NCBI GenBank assembly: GCA_027490985.1 | Contig: JAIXXC010000093.1 | Span: 4,293 to 68,292, forward strand | DNA length: 64,000 nt | Reading direction: 5' to 3' | Source: Verrucomicrobiales bacterium | GTDB lineage: Bacteria > Verrucomicrobiota > Verrucomicrobiia > Limisphaerales > UBA9464 | Shown: piece by piece, positions 9,244 through 18,818 of the stretch | Layout of the letters: every line of letters begins with the position of its first letter | Numbering within the stretch: position 1 is the stretch's first letter | Program-made: the position numbers and the translations under genes | The notes under the pieces: generated by a model | The model's database searches: none | Told to the model about the DNA's origin: nothing | What the model saw: only the letters and a program-made list of their open reading frames with translations

Positions 9244-10263
9244 ATGGTTCCCACGATGACGCAACCCTTGCCCCAATCGCGACTCAGTCAGGACCTTCGC
9301 TCCTTCACCGATCTGGGGTTTCCGACGCTGGGCCTGGGCACTTGGAAGCTGCCCAAGCCGCAGGCGCCGGCGGTGATCCGCGAGGCGGTCCAGCTCGGGT
9401 ATCGCCATTTCGATTGCGCCTGCGACTACGGCAATGAGGCCGAGGTGGGCGCTGGCCTGGCAGTAGCCCTGCAGGACGGGCTCTGCCGCCGGGACGACCT
9501 CTGGGTCACCTCCAAGCTGTGGAACACCTACCACGAACCGAAGCACGTTCGTGCAGCCTGCGAGCGGTCGCTGCGGGACCTGCGCCTGGACGTGCTCGAT
9601 TTGTACCTGGTGCATTTCCCGATCGCCCTGGCGTATGTGCCCTTCGATGTGCGCTATCCGCCGGAGTGGTTCTTCGATCCGGCGGCCGAGAAGCCGACCA
9701 TGAACCCCATCGCCGTCCCGTATGCCGACACCTGGGGTGCGATGGAAGCATTGCAGCGGGCCGGTCTGGTGAAGCGGATCGGCGTGTGCAACCTGAATGT
9801 CTCGATGCTGCGGGAAGTGCTGAACACGGCCTCCATCCGGCCGGCGGTGCATCAGTTCGAGGCGCATCCCTACCTGACCCAGGAACGCCAGGTGCGCTTC
9901 TGCCAGTCGGAGGGGATCGCGGTCACGGCGTTCTCGCCGCTGGGTGCGCCGTCTTATCTGCCCTTGGGGATGGCTCGCCCCGAGGAGTCGGTGCTGGTGG
10001 ATCCGGTGGTGACCGGCATCGCCGCGACCCTCGGTCGTACTCCAGCCCAGGTGGTGTTGCGTTGGGGAGTTCAGCGCGGGTGCGCGGTGATCCCGAAGGC
10101 CCAGGACCCCGTGCACGTGCGTGAGAATGCCCAGGTCTTCGAGTTCTCGCTGAGCGAGGCCCAGATGCGGGCGATCAGCGGCCTCGATCGGCACCGGCGT
10201 TTCAATGATCCGGGCGAGTTTTGTGAGAAGGCTTTCAACACCTTCTTTCCGATCTTCGACTGA
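9244..10263 (+). CDS. aldo/keto reductase (AKR1/xylose-reductase-like)
   Basis: 339-aa ORF with the motifs GLGTWKL, GYRHFDCACDYGNEAEVG, LWNTYH, LDLYLVHFP and IPKA. An alternative start lies at MTQPL (9256). Confidence 0.9.
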   Translation: MVPTMTQPLPQSRLSQDLRSFTDLGFPTLGLGTWKLPKPQAPAVIREAVQLGYRHFDCACDYGNEAEVGAGLAVALQDGLCRRDDLWVTSKLWNTYHEPKHVRAACERSLRDLRLDVLDLYLVHFPIALAYVPFDVRYPPEWFFDPAAEKPTMNPIAVPYADTWGAMEALQRAGLVKRIGVCNLNVSMLREVLNTASIRPAVHQFEAHPYLTQERQVRFCQSEGIAVTAFSPLGAPSYLPLGMARPEESVLVDPVVTGIAATLGRTPAQVVLRWGVQRGCAVIPKAQDPVHVRENAQVFEFSLSEAQMRAISGLDRHRRFNDPGEFCEKAFNTFFPIFD

Positions 10264-10300
10264 TCGGAACGAGCCGGTGGGATCGGTCGTGCCGGGTTCT

Positions 10301-10981
10301 CTAGAACAGGCTGGGTTCGTCGAGGAAGGGCTCGATGCATTCCGGGCCGTCGTGGCGGGCTTGCCCGACGACAGGGTTCACCCGGTACCCATGCCATCCC
10401 GCCTCCGGGCTGGGTTTCAGGAGGGATCGGAGGAGATCCAACGGGGACGACGGGTCGAGCCACAGTGCCGCCGCCTCGGGGTCGAGGTTGGCGGGCATCC
10501 GGTCATGGACGGGGGCGACGACGCGGTTGGGCGTCGTGGTGATCACGGTGAAGGATTCCAGAGGGGCGGTCTGCCCTGGCGGCAACCATGACTCCCAGAG
10601 CCCGCCGAAAAGCAACACCCCGCCGTCTTCGCGGACGAATCGCCACGGCTGTTTGGAGCGGCCGAGCGGCTGCCATTCGTAGAATCCGTCGGCCACGATG
10701 AGGCAACGTCGTCGCCGGAAGGCTTCGCGGAAGGCGGGTTTGTCGGTCAGGGTTTCGGCGCGGGCGTTGATGAGCGACACTCCGATGGCCTCATCGCGGG
10801 ACCACGCGGGAACGAGGCCCCATCGCAGGTCGTCGATCGCCAGCCCGACCGTTCCGCGTCGGATCACCGGAGCGCGCTGGGAAGGGGCGATGTTGTGGCG
10901 GGCCTTCCCGCGTCGGCCGACGCGCTCGGGACCCACCGCCACGTCGACCGACTCCCGGGCCAGACTGTATCGACCACACAC
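10301..10981 (-). CDS. SOS response-associated peptidase (SRAP / YedK family)
   Basis: The ORF track gives 10301..10990 starting MPCVCGRYSL. An in-frame GTG three codons downstream gives the family-typical M-C-G-R-Y N-terminus, in which Cys2 is the catalytic residue. The rest is SRAP-like (GLVPAWS, NARAET). Confidence 0.8.
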   Translation of the reverse strand: MCGRYSLARESVDVAVGPERVGRRGKARHNIAPSQRAPVIRRGTVGLAIDDLRWGLVPAWSRDEAIGVSLINARAETLTDKPAFREAFRRRRCLIVADGFYEWQPLGRSKQPWRFVREDGGVLLFGGLWESWLPPGQTAPLESFTVITTTPNRVVAPVHDRMPANLDPEAAALWLDPSSPLDLLRSLLKPSPEAGWHGYRVNPVVGQARHDGPECIEPFLDEPSLF

Positions 10982-11037
10982 GCACGGCACCTTGGGCTGG
11001 GATTTGGCCCGGTCAAGACGCCGGCCAAGGGCTCACC

Positions 11038-11055
11038 AAGTCACGGACTTGTAAC
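11038..11055 (+). promoter_or_regulatory. candidate Pho-box-like direct repeat upstream of the phoB-like gene
   Basis: AAGTCAC-GGAC-TTGTAAC gives two 7-mers with 11-nt periodicity, resembling CTGTCAT-N4-CTGTCAT. A TATGAG -10-like hexamer lies about 17 nt downstream and the start codon is at 11106. The match is weak and only one site is seen. Confidence 0.2.
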
Positions 11056-11105
11056 CTGGCCGACACGGAGCGACTATGAGATCGATGCTAAGTCCAGTGC
11101 GAGCT

Positions 11106-11789
11106 ATGCCAAAGATACTCGTCGTCGACGACGAACCCGATGCGCTGGAGGTCCTGGGCTTCAATCTGAAGAACGCCGGATACGAGGTGACGACGGCGGA
11201 TGACGGGGACGCGGCCCTCAAGAAGGCGCGGCAACAACTGCCGGATCTCATCCTGCTGGACCTCATGCTTCCCGAGGTGGATGGCTTGGAAGTGTGCAAA
11301 CTGCTGCGGCGGGACCCGGCCACCAGCGCCATTCCCATCATCATGGTCACCGCCAAGGCCGCCGAGATCGACCGCGTGGTCGGCTTGGAGTTGGGCGCCG
11401 ACGACTATGTCACCAAGCCTTTCAGCCCGCGTGAGCTGATCCTGCGCATCCGCAACCTGCTCAAGCGCCGCAGTGAGACCGAGGACGAGAAGCCCCAGAC
11501 GATGCAGTTCGGCGACCTGCTCATCGACATCCCGCGTCACCTGGTGAGCGTCGCCGGCCAGCGGATCGATCTCACGGCCACCGAGTTCAAGCTCCTCATC
11601 GTGCTGGCCCAACGCCGGGGTCGCGTGCAGAGCCGCGAGGCCCTCCTGCGCGACGTCTGGGAGTACGACAACCTCATCGACACCCGCACTGTCGACACCC
11701 ACATGCGCCGTCTGCGGGAGAAGCTGGGTGCCGGAGCGCAGTACCTCGATACCGTCCGTGGGGTGGGCTACCGCTTCATGGAGGCCTGA
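11106..11789 (+). CDS. phoB: OmpR-family response regulator, PhoB-like
   Basis: Start at MPKILVVDDEPD (an internal ATG of ORF 11076..11789). The receiver domain has DLILLDLMLPEVDG and GADDYVTKPFSPRELILRI, close to E. coli PhoB. A winged-helix C-terminus follows (VDTHMRRLREKL...VRGVGYRF). Confidence 0.75.
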   Translation: MPKILVVDDEPDALEVLGFNLKNAGYEVTTADDGDAALKKARQQLPDLILLDLMLPEVDGLEVCKLLRRDPATSAIPIIMVTAKAAEIDRVVGLELGADDYVTKPFSPRELILRIRNLLKRRSETEDEKPQTMQFGDLLIDIPRHLVSVAGQRIDLTATEFKLLIVLAQRRGRVQSREALLRDVWEYDNLIDTRTVDTHMRRLREKLGAGAQYLDTVRGVGYRFMEA

Positions 11790-11816
11790 TTCCGGCCGAT
11801 CCTCGCCGATCCGAGC

Positions 11817-13034
11817 ATGTCGATCCCTCCCACAGTCGCCGCCCTTCTGGGTGCCGGAGTCTCGGCTCTCGGAGTGGGTCTGTTCCTGAGGCGGCGACTC
11901 GCCCGCGAGGCCCGCGAGGCGGCCTTGCTGCGCGATCAGCTTTCCCGCGAACGGTCGAGCCGTGCCGAATCGCAGGCGGCCGAAAACGCCCGCCAGGAGG
12001 CGCTGTTCGAGAACATGCTCGAAGGAGTGCTCCTGGTGGATGCCGCTGGGCGGTTGCAGTTCACCAACACCGCCTGCCGCCGGTTCTTCGACCTCGAGGC
12101 CGATGTGCGCGGGCGCACCCTGCTCGAGGCCTTCCGGTGCAACGACCTGTCGGCGGTGGCGGCCGAGGCGGCCAAAGCGGGTCGGGTGAACGGCAAGGAA
12201 TTGGAGTTGGAAGGGGGACTCGAGGCGCGCCTGCTGCAGGTCAACGCCGTCGCCCTGGTGGGGCCCGAAGGCCGTCCGGATGGAGTGCTCATGGTGCTGC
12301 ACGATGCGACCCGCCTCCGTCAGCTCGAGAGCACGCGGCGTGAATTCGTCGCCAATGTCAGCCATGAGCTGCGGACCCCCCTCTCGCTCATCAAGGGTTC
12401 GGTCGAGACGCTCCTCGACGGGGCGGCCTCGCAGCCGGCCATCGCCTCCAAGTTCCTCGACATCATCGATCGCCATTGCGACCGGCTCACCTTCCTCATC
12501 GAAGACCTTCTGACCCTCTCTCGTCTCGAGTCCGGCCAGTTGGCCATCAATTACGACACGGTCCCGCTGCGCGATCACGTGTCGGAGGTGTTCGACGATT
12601 TCCACCGCAAGGCCGAGGATCGCGGGGTCAAGCTCTTCAACGACGTGCCCGACGGCCTGCACGCGCGGGCCGATTCCGACCGTCTCGACCAGGTGCTCTC
12701 CAACCTCATCGACAACGCCATCAAGTACGGGCGGCCCGGGGGCACGGTGCGCATCGAGGGGCGCGAGGTGCCGGGAGGCGATCTCATCGAGATGGCCGTG
12801 GCCGACGACGGGCCGGGCATCCCCACCGAGGCGGCCGAGCGCGTCTTCGAGCGGTTCTATCGGGTGGACACGGCCCGATCCCGCGAGCAGGGGGGCACCG
12901 GTCTGGGTCTGAGCATCGTCAAGCACATCATCCAGGCCCACGGCGGCGAGGTGCGCCTCGAGACCGCGCCGGGCAAGGGAGCGGCGTTCCGCTTCACGCT
13001 GCCGGCGGTGCTGCCATCGGTGACCGGCAAATGA
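11817..13034 (+). CDS. phoR: sensor histidine kinase, PhoR-like (TM - PAS - HisKA - HATPase_c)
   Basis: 405-aa ORF with one N-terminal TM segment and a PAS-like segment. The H-box FVANVSHELRTPLSLIKG is PhoR-type. N, G1 and G2 boxes are present (NLIDNAIKY, DDGPGIP, GGTGLGLSIVKH). It sits directly downstream of the response regulator. Confidence 0.75.
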   Translation: MSIPPTVAALLGAGVSALGVGLFLRRRLAREAREAALLRDQLSRERSSRAESQAAENARQEALFENMLEGVLLVDAAGRLQFTNTACRRFFDLEADVRGRTLLEAFRCNDLSAVAAEAAKAGRVNGKELELEGGLEARLLQVNAVALVGPEGRPDGVLMVLHDATRLRQLESTRREFVANVSHELRTPLSLIKGSVETLLDGAASQPAIASKFLDIIDRHCDRLTFLIEDLLTLSRLESGQLAINYDTVPLRDHVSEVFDDFHRKAEDRGVKLFNDVPDGLHARADSDRLDQVLSNLIDNAIKYGRPGGTVRIEGREVPGGDLIEMAVADDGPGIPTEAAERVFERFYRVDTARSREQGGTGLGLSIVKHIIQAHGGEVRLETAPGKGAAFRFTLPAVLPSVTGK

Positions 13035-13148
13035 GTCGCCGGCCAATGAGTGGCCGGCAAATCGGTCGCCGGTGAGGGCGACCAAGCGGGCCCGGCCCGG
13101 GGCTTCTGCGTGACTCCGGATCGCTTCCACGGTAGGCGTAGGCCTGTC

Positions 13149-14255
13149 ATGTCCGACTTCTCCGCAGCCGATCCGTCCCAGGCCCAGCCGCTGGTGTTCG
13201 ACGCCCACCTGGACCTGTCCATGAACGCCATGGAGTGGAATCGGGACCTCACCCGCTCACTGGAATATCTCCGTCGTCGCGAGCAGCACCAGCGCGACCA
13301 GCCCGACCGGGGCAACGGCATCGTGTGTTTTCCGGAGATGCGCCGGGGCAACATGGGTCTCTGCGTGGCCACCCAGATCGCCCGCTCGGTGAACCGGTTC
13401 AGCCGCATGCCGGGCTGGAGCAGCGCCTCGCAGGCGTGGGCGCAGACCCAGGGACAATTGGCCTGGTACCGGGAAATGGAGGCCGCGGGCGAATTGCGCT
13501 TCATCACCGACAAAGCCGGCCTGGAGTCGCACCTGACGGAATGGCAACGCCCTACGGTCGGGCGCAAGCCCATCGGGTACATCCTGAGTCTCGAAGGGGC
13601 CGATTCGCTCCATACTCCGGCGCATTTGGAGCGGGCCTACGCCTACGGTCTGCGGGCCGTGGGTTTGACCCATTATGGCCCCGGCCTTTGCGGCGCGGGC
13701 ACCGATGACGAGGGTCCGTTGAGCGCCTATGGCCGGGAACTGCTGGCCGAGGTGGAGCGCCTGGGGTTGATCCTCGATGTCACCCACCTGAGCGACGAGT
13801 CCTTCCGAGACGCCCTCGACCGGTTCTCCGGGCCCGTGTGGGCCAGCCACTCCAATTGCCGCGCCCTGGCCGACTGGAACCGCCAGTTCACCGACGATCA
13901 GATCCGCGAACTCATCCGGCGTGATGCGGTCATCGGTGTGGCCGTCGACGCGATCATGATGGTGCATGGCTGGCGTCATCTCCGGTCCAAGCCGCAGGAC
14001 TTCGATCTCAGCCTCGAGCATCTGGCCAACCACATCGACCACATCTGCCAGTTGGCCGGCAACGTGCGGCACGTCGGCATCGGCACCGACGCCGACGGGG
14101 GGTTCGGCACCGAGCAGATGCCCGTCGATCTGGGCTCCATCGCCGACATCCAGAAGCTCGGGCCCGTCCTGGCCCGACGGGGCTATTCGAAGGCCGACAT
14201 CGACGCGGTGTTCCATGGCAATTTCCTGTCCCTGCTCCGCCGGGTCTGGAAGTGA
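13149..14255 (+). CDS. membrane dipeptidase (peptidase family M19)
   Basis: Start at MSDFSAADPSQ (an internal ATG of ORF 13050..14255). Renal-dipeptidase-like motifs are present: VFDAHLDLSMN, ILSLEGADSL, LDVTHLSDESF, WASHSNCRAL and GIGTDADGGFG. Confidence 0.85.
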   Translation: MSDFSAADPSQAQPLVFDAHLDLSMNAMEWNRDLTRSLEYLRRREQHQRDQPDRGNGIVCFPEMRRGNMGLCVATQIARSVNRFSRMPGWSSASQAWAQTQGQLAWYREMEAAGELRFITDKAGLESHLTEWQRPTVGRKPIGYILSLEGADSLHTPAHLERAYAYGLRAVGLTHYGPGLCGAGTDDEGPLSAYGRELLAEVERLGLILDVTHLSDESFRDALDRFSGPVWASHSNCRALADWNRQFTDDQIRELIRRDAVIGVAVDAIMMVHGWRHLRSKPQDFDLSLEHLANHIDHICQLAGNVRHVGIGTDADGGFGTEQMPVDLGSIADIQKLGPVLARRGYSKADIDAVFHGNFLSLLRRVWK

Positions 14256-14294
14256 GCCTCCGCAAGCGGTGCCCGGGAACACCGCATCTCGCCG

Positions 14295-17200
14295 TTGAGT
14301 TTCGCGGCCCGAACCGGCTCACTTGTCGCCTCAATGATCCTGCCGCGCCTATCCATCCAGCGTCCGATCCTGGCCTGGATGATGAATCTCGTGCTGGTGC
14401 TCTTCGGGTTGATCGGCCTGTCCCGGTTGCCCGTCCGTGAGCTGCCCGACATCGATCCGCCGATCGTTTCGGTGACGACGGTCTTCCCCGGGGCCAACGC
14501 CCAGGTGGTGGAGACGGAGGTCACCGAGCGGCTCGAGGAGGCCATCAACAACATCGAAGGCATCAAGACCCTGCGCAGCGAGAGTCGCGAGGGGGTCAGC
14601 AACATTTCCGTCGAGTTCGACCTGTCGCGCGACATCGACTCGTCGGCCCAGGATGTTCGCGACCGGGTCTCCCGCGTGCGCGGCGCGCTGCCCCGCGACA
14701 TCCGTGAACCCATCGTCTCCAAGCAGGATTCGGACGCCCAACCGATCCTCTGGATCGCCCTCAACAGCGAGCGGTATTCGCCGTTGGAGATGACCACCCT
14801 GGCCGAGAAGCAGATCAAGCCGCGCTTCCAGGGGGTCACCGGAGTGTCGTCCATCACCATCGGCGGTGAAAAACGCTACGCCATGCGGTTGTGGCTCGAT
14901 TCGGCCCGGATGGCCGCCCGCCGCGTCACGGTGCTCGATGTCCAGCAGGCGCTCCGGCAGCAGAACATCGAGCTGCCCAGCGGCCGCGTCGAGAACCTCG
15001 ACCGGGAGATGACCATCCAGACCCGCGGCGAGATGAAGACGGCCGAGGAGTTCAACAACCTGGTGCTCCGGGCCGACGGGGCCAATCTGGTGCGGCTCAA
15101 GGATGTCGGTCGCGCCGAGGACGGCGTTTCCGATTACCGGACCATCGCCCGTGCCTCGGGCAAGCCGTGCATCTTCCTGGGCGTCGTCAAACAGGCCAAG
15201 GCCAACACGGTGAACGTGGCCCAATCGATCCGCGCCGAGATGGAGGCGATCCGGCCGACGTTGCCCGAAGGGGTGCAGATGTGGGTCAACTACGACTCGA
15301 GCATCTATGTCGAGAAGGCCATCGGCGAGGTGTGGGAGACCCTCGCCATCGCCTTCGGTCTGGTGGTGCTCATCATCTTCGTCTTCCTCCGCGACCTGCG
15401 CGCGACGTTCATCCCCATCGTGGCCATCCCGGTGTCCATCGTCGGCACCTTCGCGGTGCTCCACCTCATGGGCTACTCGGTGAACATCCTCACCATGCTC
15501 GCCTTGGTGCTGGTCATCGGCATCGTGGTCGACGACGCCATCGTGGTGCTGGAGGCCATCTATCGGCACATCGAAGAAGGGATGAAACCCATGGCCGCGG
15601 CCTTCAAGGCCATGGAGGAGATCAGCTTCGCGGTCATCGCCATCACCCTGTCGCTGGTGGCGGTGTTCACGCCCCTGGCCTTCCAGAAGAGCACCACGGG
15701 TCGTCTCTTCATCGAGTTCGCCGTGGCCGTCTCGGTCTCGGTCATCATCTCGGCGTTCGTGGCTCTCACCCTGTCGCCGGCGATCGCCGCCCGGGTGCTC
15801 AAGCCCATCCACGGCAAGAAGCCCACCGGGTTGTTCGCGGTCTTCGAGGCGATCCTCGATGCGGTGACGAAGGCTTACCTGGGTTCGTTGCGATGGGCGC
15901 TGCGCCACCGGTTTGTCTCGGTGTTGGTCACCCTGGGGACCGTGGCCCTCATGGTGTTCGCCTACCGGGGTCTCGATAAGGACTTCCTGCCGCAGGAGGA
16001 CAAGAGCCGGATGTTCGCCATCGTGCTCACGCCGAACGGTTCGACCAGCGAGTTCACCGACCGGCAGCTGCGCAAGGCCGAGGCCATCGTGGCGAGCTAT
16101 CCCGAAGTGGCCAGCTACGGAGCGATCGTGGCCCCGGGTTTCAGCGGACCGGGACAGGCGTCGTTCGGCATCGTGTTCGTCAGCTTCCAGGATCGATCGC
16201 TGCGCAAGCGCTCCACCCAGGAGATCGTCAACGGACCCGGTGGCATGGCACAGCGCTTCTTCGCCGAGGTCGAGGGCGGCTTCGCCATCGCCAACCTGCC
16301 CAAGGCCATCGAGGTGAGCTTCAACAGCTCGCCCTTCGAACTGGTGGTGCAGAACCAGGATCTCGACACGCTCAACCAGACGGTGCAGGCCCTCTCGGCC
16401 CGCATCGGAAGCCTGACCAACGCCGCCGGACAGCCGCTGCTCAAGAACATCCGGGTGAGCTACGAGGTCGACAAGCCGGAGCTGCGGTTGTCGGTCGACC
16501 GCAGTCGGGCGGCCGCGTTGGGTGTGACCATCGAAGACATCTCCCGGACGCTGCAGATCCTCTTCGGCGGTCTGGACCTGAGCCGTTTGAAGGTGGGTGG
16601 CAAGGAATACGAGGTGATCGCCCAGTTGGAGCGGGCCTCCCGGCTCACGCCGCAGGAGTTGGACACGGTGTATGTGCGCAATCAACGGGGTGAGCTCATC
16701 CAGCTCAACGCCCTGGTCACCCGCACCTCGGGGGCGGCGCCCAATTCCATCAGCCACTACGGCCGCCTGCGCAGCGCCAGCATCACGGCCTCTCCCGGCG
16801 GAGTCCCGATCGGGGTGGTGGTCGAGCAGGTCCAACCGCTGCTCAAGGATCTGCCGGCCGGCACCCTGCACGCCTGGGAAGGCGAGGCCAAGAACCTGGC
16901 CGACAGCACGGGCGAGATCTGGTTCGTGCTCGGTCTGGCGGCGATCATCGTCTACATGACCCTGGCCGCCCAGTTCGAGAGCCTCATCCATCCGTTCACG
17001 GTGATGCTGGCCTTGCCGTTGGCGGCGGTGGGGGCCTTCGGGTTGCTCTGGATTCTCGCGTTCCTGGGCAAGAGCGGTGTGATCCCGGTGATCCCCTCCA
17101 TGAACATCAATCTGTTCAGCCAGATTGGTCTGGTGCTCCTCATCGGATTGGTGACCAAGAACTCCATCCTCCTGGTGGAATACGCCAACCAACGTGCCCA

Positions 17201-17480
17201 GCAGGGCATCGATCCGGTGACCGCCATGATGGAGGCCGGCAAGGTCCGCCTTCGGCCGATCCTCATGACGGCCTTCTCCACGGTGGCGGGCATCCTGCCC
17301 ATCGCCATCGGGTTCGGTGCGGGCGCCGAGAGTCGCCGGCCGATGGGTGTCGCCGTGGTGGGCGGCATGCTGACGAGCACCTTCCTCACCCTGTACGTCA
17401 TCCCGGTCGTCTACGTGCTGCTCGACCGCTGGTTCCCGACGCGACCGGTGCAATCGGCCGAACCGGCCCCGACCCACTGA
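14295..17480 (+). CDS. efflux RND transporter permease (AcrB/HAE family)
   Basis: 1061-aa ORF with a typical start region (SIQRPILAWMMNLVLVLFGLIGLSRLPVRELPDIDPPIV). It shows 12-TM architecture with two large periplasmic loops. An alternative start lies at 14334. No adaptor (MFP) gene is adjacent. Confidence 0.9.
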   Translation: MSFAARTGSLVASMILPRLSIQRPILAWMMNLVLVLFGLIGLSRLPVRELPDIDPPIVSVTTVFPGANAQVVETEVTERLEEAINNIEGIKTLRSESREGVSNISVEFDLSRDIDSSAQDVRDRVSRVRGALPRDIREPIVSKQDSDAQPILWIALNSERYSPLEMTTLAEKQIKPRFQGVTGVSSITIGGEKRYAMRLWLDSARMAARRVTVLDVQQALRQQNIELPSGRVENLDREMTIQTRGEMKTAEEFNNLVLRADGANLVRLKDVGRAEDGVSDYRTIARASGKPCIFLGVVKQAKANTVNVAQSIRAEMEAIRPTLPEGVQMWVNYDSSIYVEKAIGEVWETLAIAFGLVVLIIFVFLRDLRATFIPIVAIPVSIVGTFAVLHLMGYSVNILTMLALVLVIGIVVDDAIVVLEAIYRHIEEGMKPMAAAFKAMEEISFAVIAITLSLVAVFTPLAFQKSTTGRLFIEFAVAVSVSVIISAFVALTLSPAIAARVLKPIHGKKPTGLFAVFEAILDAVTKAYLGSLRWALRHRFVSVLVTLGTVALMVFAYRGLDKDFLPQEDKSRMFAIVLTPNGSTSEFTDRQLRKAEAIVASYPEVASYGAIVAPGFSGPGQASFGIVFVSFQDRSLRKRSTQEIVNGPGGMAQRFFAEVEGGFAIANLPKAIEVSFNSSPFELVVQNQDLDTLNQTVQALSARIGSLTNAAGQPLLKNIRVSYEVDKPELRLSVDRSRAAALGVTIEDISRTLQILFGGLDLSRLKVGGKEYEVIAQLERASRLTPQELDTVYVRNQRGELIQLNALVTRTSGAAPNSISHYGRLRSASITASPGGVPIGVVVEQVQPLLKDLPAGTLHAWEGEAKNLADSTGEIWFVLGLAAIIVYMTLAAQFESLIHPFTVMLALPLAAVGAFGLLWILAFLGKSGVIPVIPSMNINLFSQIGLVLLIGLVTKNSILLVEYANQRAQQGIDPVTAMMEAGKVRLRPILMTAFSTVAGILPIAIGFGAGAESRRPMGVAVVGGMLTSTFLTLYVIPVVYVLLDRWFPTRPVQSAEPAPTH

Positions 17481-17484
17481 GCCC

Positions 17485-18726
17485 ATGAAGCCACTTCTCG
17501 CCGGCATCGCGTTCGGTGCCCCTCGTTTCGCCCGGGTCGCCCCGGTTTCCCGACTGGGCGTGGTGCTGATGGCGTTGGTGGCGTTGGTGGCCCTGGGGTG
17601 TCGTGCTCCGCGGCCGAAACCCGCGGCGCTCACCGAGGTTTTCCGCAGCGAGAAGCTCTCGGCCATCGATGCGGCCATCGGGAACGCGATCGCTTCCAAC
17701 CGCTGCCCGGGCGGGGTCTTCTGGTTGGAGCGCCATGGCACGGTGTACTCCAAGGCCTATGGGCATCGCGCGGTGGCGCCGTCGCTGGAGCTCGCGAGCC
17801 TCGATACGATCTACGATGCGGCCTCGCTGACCAAGGTGCTGGCCACGGCTCCGGCGCTGGCCTTGCTCATCGAGCAGGGGCGCATCGATCCCGAGCGACC
17901 GTTGGCGCACTACCTGCCGGCCTTCGCCGCCCACGGCAAGGAGACCATCACCGTGCGGCAGGTGTTCACCCATGCCTCCGGGTTGCGTCCCGGCCTGGGT
18001 GGCGGTGCGTGGAGTGGTTCCGACAAGGCTCTGGAGTTGGCCTGTGACGAGAAGCCGACGCATCCGCCCGACACGAAGTTCGTCTACTCGGACATCAACT
18101 TCATCCTTCTGGGCAAGCTCGTGGAGACGGTTTCGGGCCGGTCGCTGGATGCCTTTTGTGAAGCCCACCTGTATCGACCACTCGGGATGCGCGACACGGG
18201 ATATCGCCCGCTGCAGCGGGGAATGCCGATCGACCGCATCGCTCCCACCGAGTGCCGGGGTGGCGACGGCTGCTTTCGCGGCGAAGTGCACGACCCGACC
18301 GCCCGCAAGATGGGCGGGGTGGCCGGCCACGCGGGCCTGTTCACCACGGCGGCCGACGTCGCCCGGTTCTGCCGCATGCTGGATGCCGGGGGAATCCTCG
18401 ATGGCGTGCGGGTGATGCGCCCGGAGACCGTGGCCCGCATGATTGCGGTGCAGACGCCTCCGAACCTGCCGAAGCGGGGTCTGGGTTGGGACATCGACTC
18501 GCCCTATGCCGGTCCGCGAGGGTCGCTCTTCCCGGTCGGCTCCTTCGGTCATTCTGGATGGACGGGCACCTCCCTGTGGCAGGATCCCGGCAGCCACACC
18601 TGGGTGATCTTCCTGAGCAACCGCAACCATCCCACCGAAGAGGGCAACATCCTCGCCCTCCGCCGCCAACTCGGCACCCTCGCGGCCGAATCGCTGATCG
18701 GCGTCGAGTTCGGCTCTCTCCGGTAG
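17485..18726 (+). CDS. serine hydrolase, beta-lactamase/PBP4* (class C-like) family
   Basis: 413-aa ORF with a signal peptide and the S-x-x-K motif (AASLTKVLA). It also has YSDINF (Y-x-N) and a HSGWTGT (KTG-like) box. Confidence 0.85.
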   Translation: MKPLLAGIAFGAPRFARVAPVSRLGVVLMALVALVALGCRAPRPKPAALTEVFRSEKLSAIDAAIGNAIASNRCPGGVFWLERHGTVYSKAYGHRAVAPSLELASLDTIYDAASLTKVLATAPALALLIEQGRIDPERPLAHYLPAFAAHGKETITVRQVFTHASGLRPGLGGGAWSGSDKALELACDEKPTHPPDTKFVYSDINFILLGKLVETVSGRSLDAFCEAHLYRPLGMRDTGYRPLQRGMPIDRIAPTECRGGDGCFRGEVHDPTARKMGGVAGHAGLFTTAADVARFCRMLDAGGILDGVRVMRPETVARMIAVQTPPNLPKRGLGWDIDSPYAGPRGSLFPVGSFGHSGWTGTSLWQDPGSHTWVIFLSNRNHPTEEGNILALRRQLGTLAAESLIGVEFGSLR

Positions 18727-18818
18727 GCTCCGCTTTGGGGCGGCCCTCAGCCCGTTGGAATTCCAACCTTGACCCGTCTCGGATTGCGGAGCGGGATAGA
18801 CACACTCCAGATTGCGCC

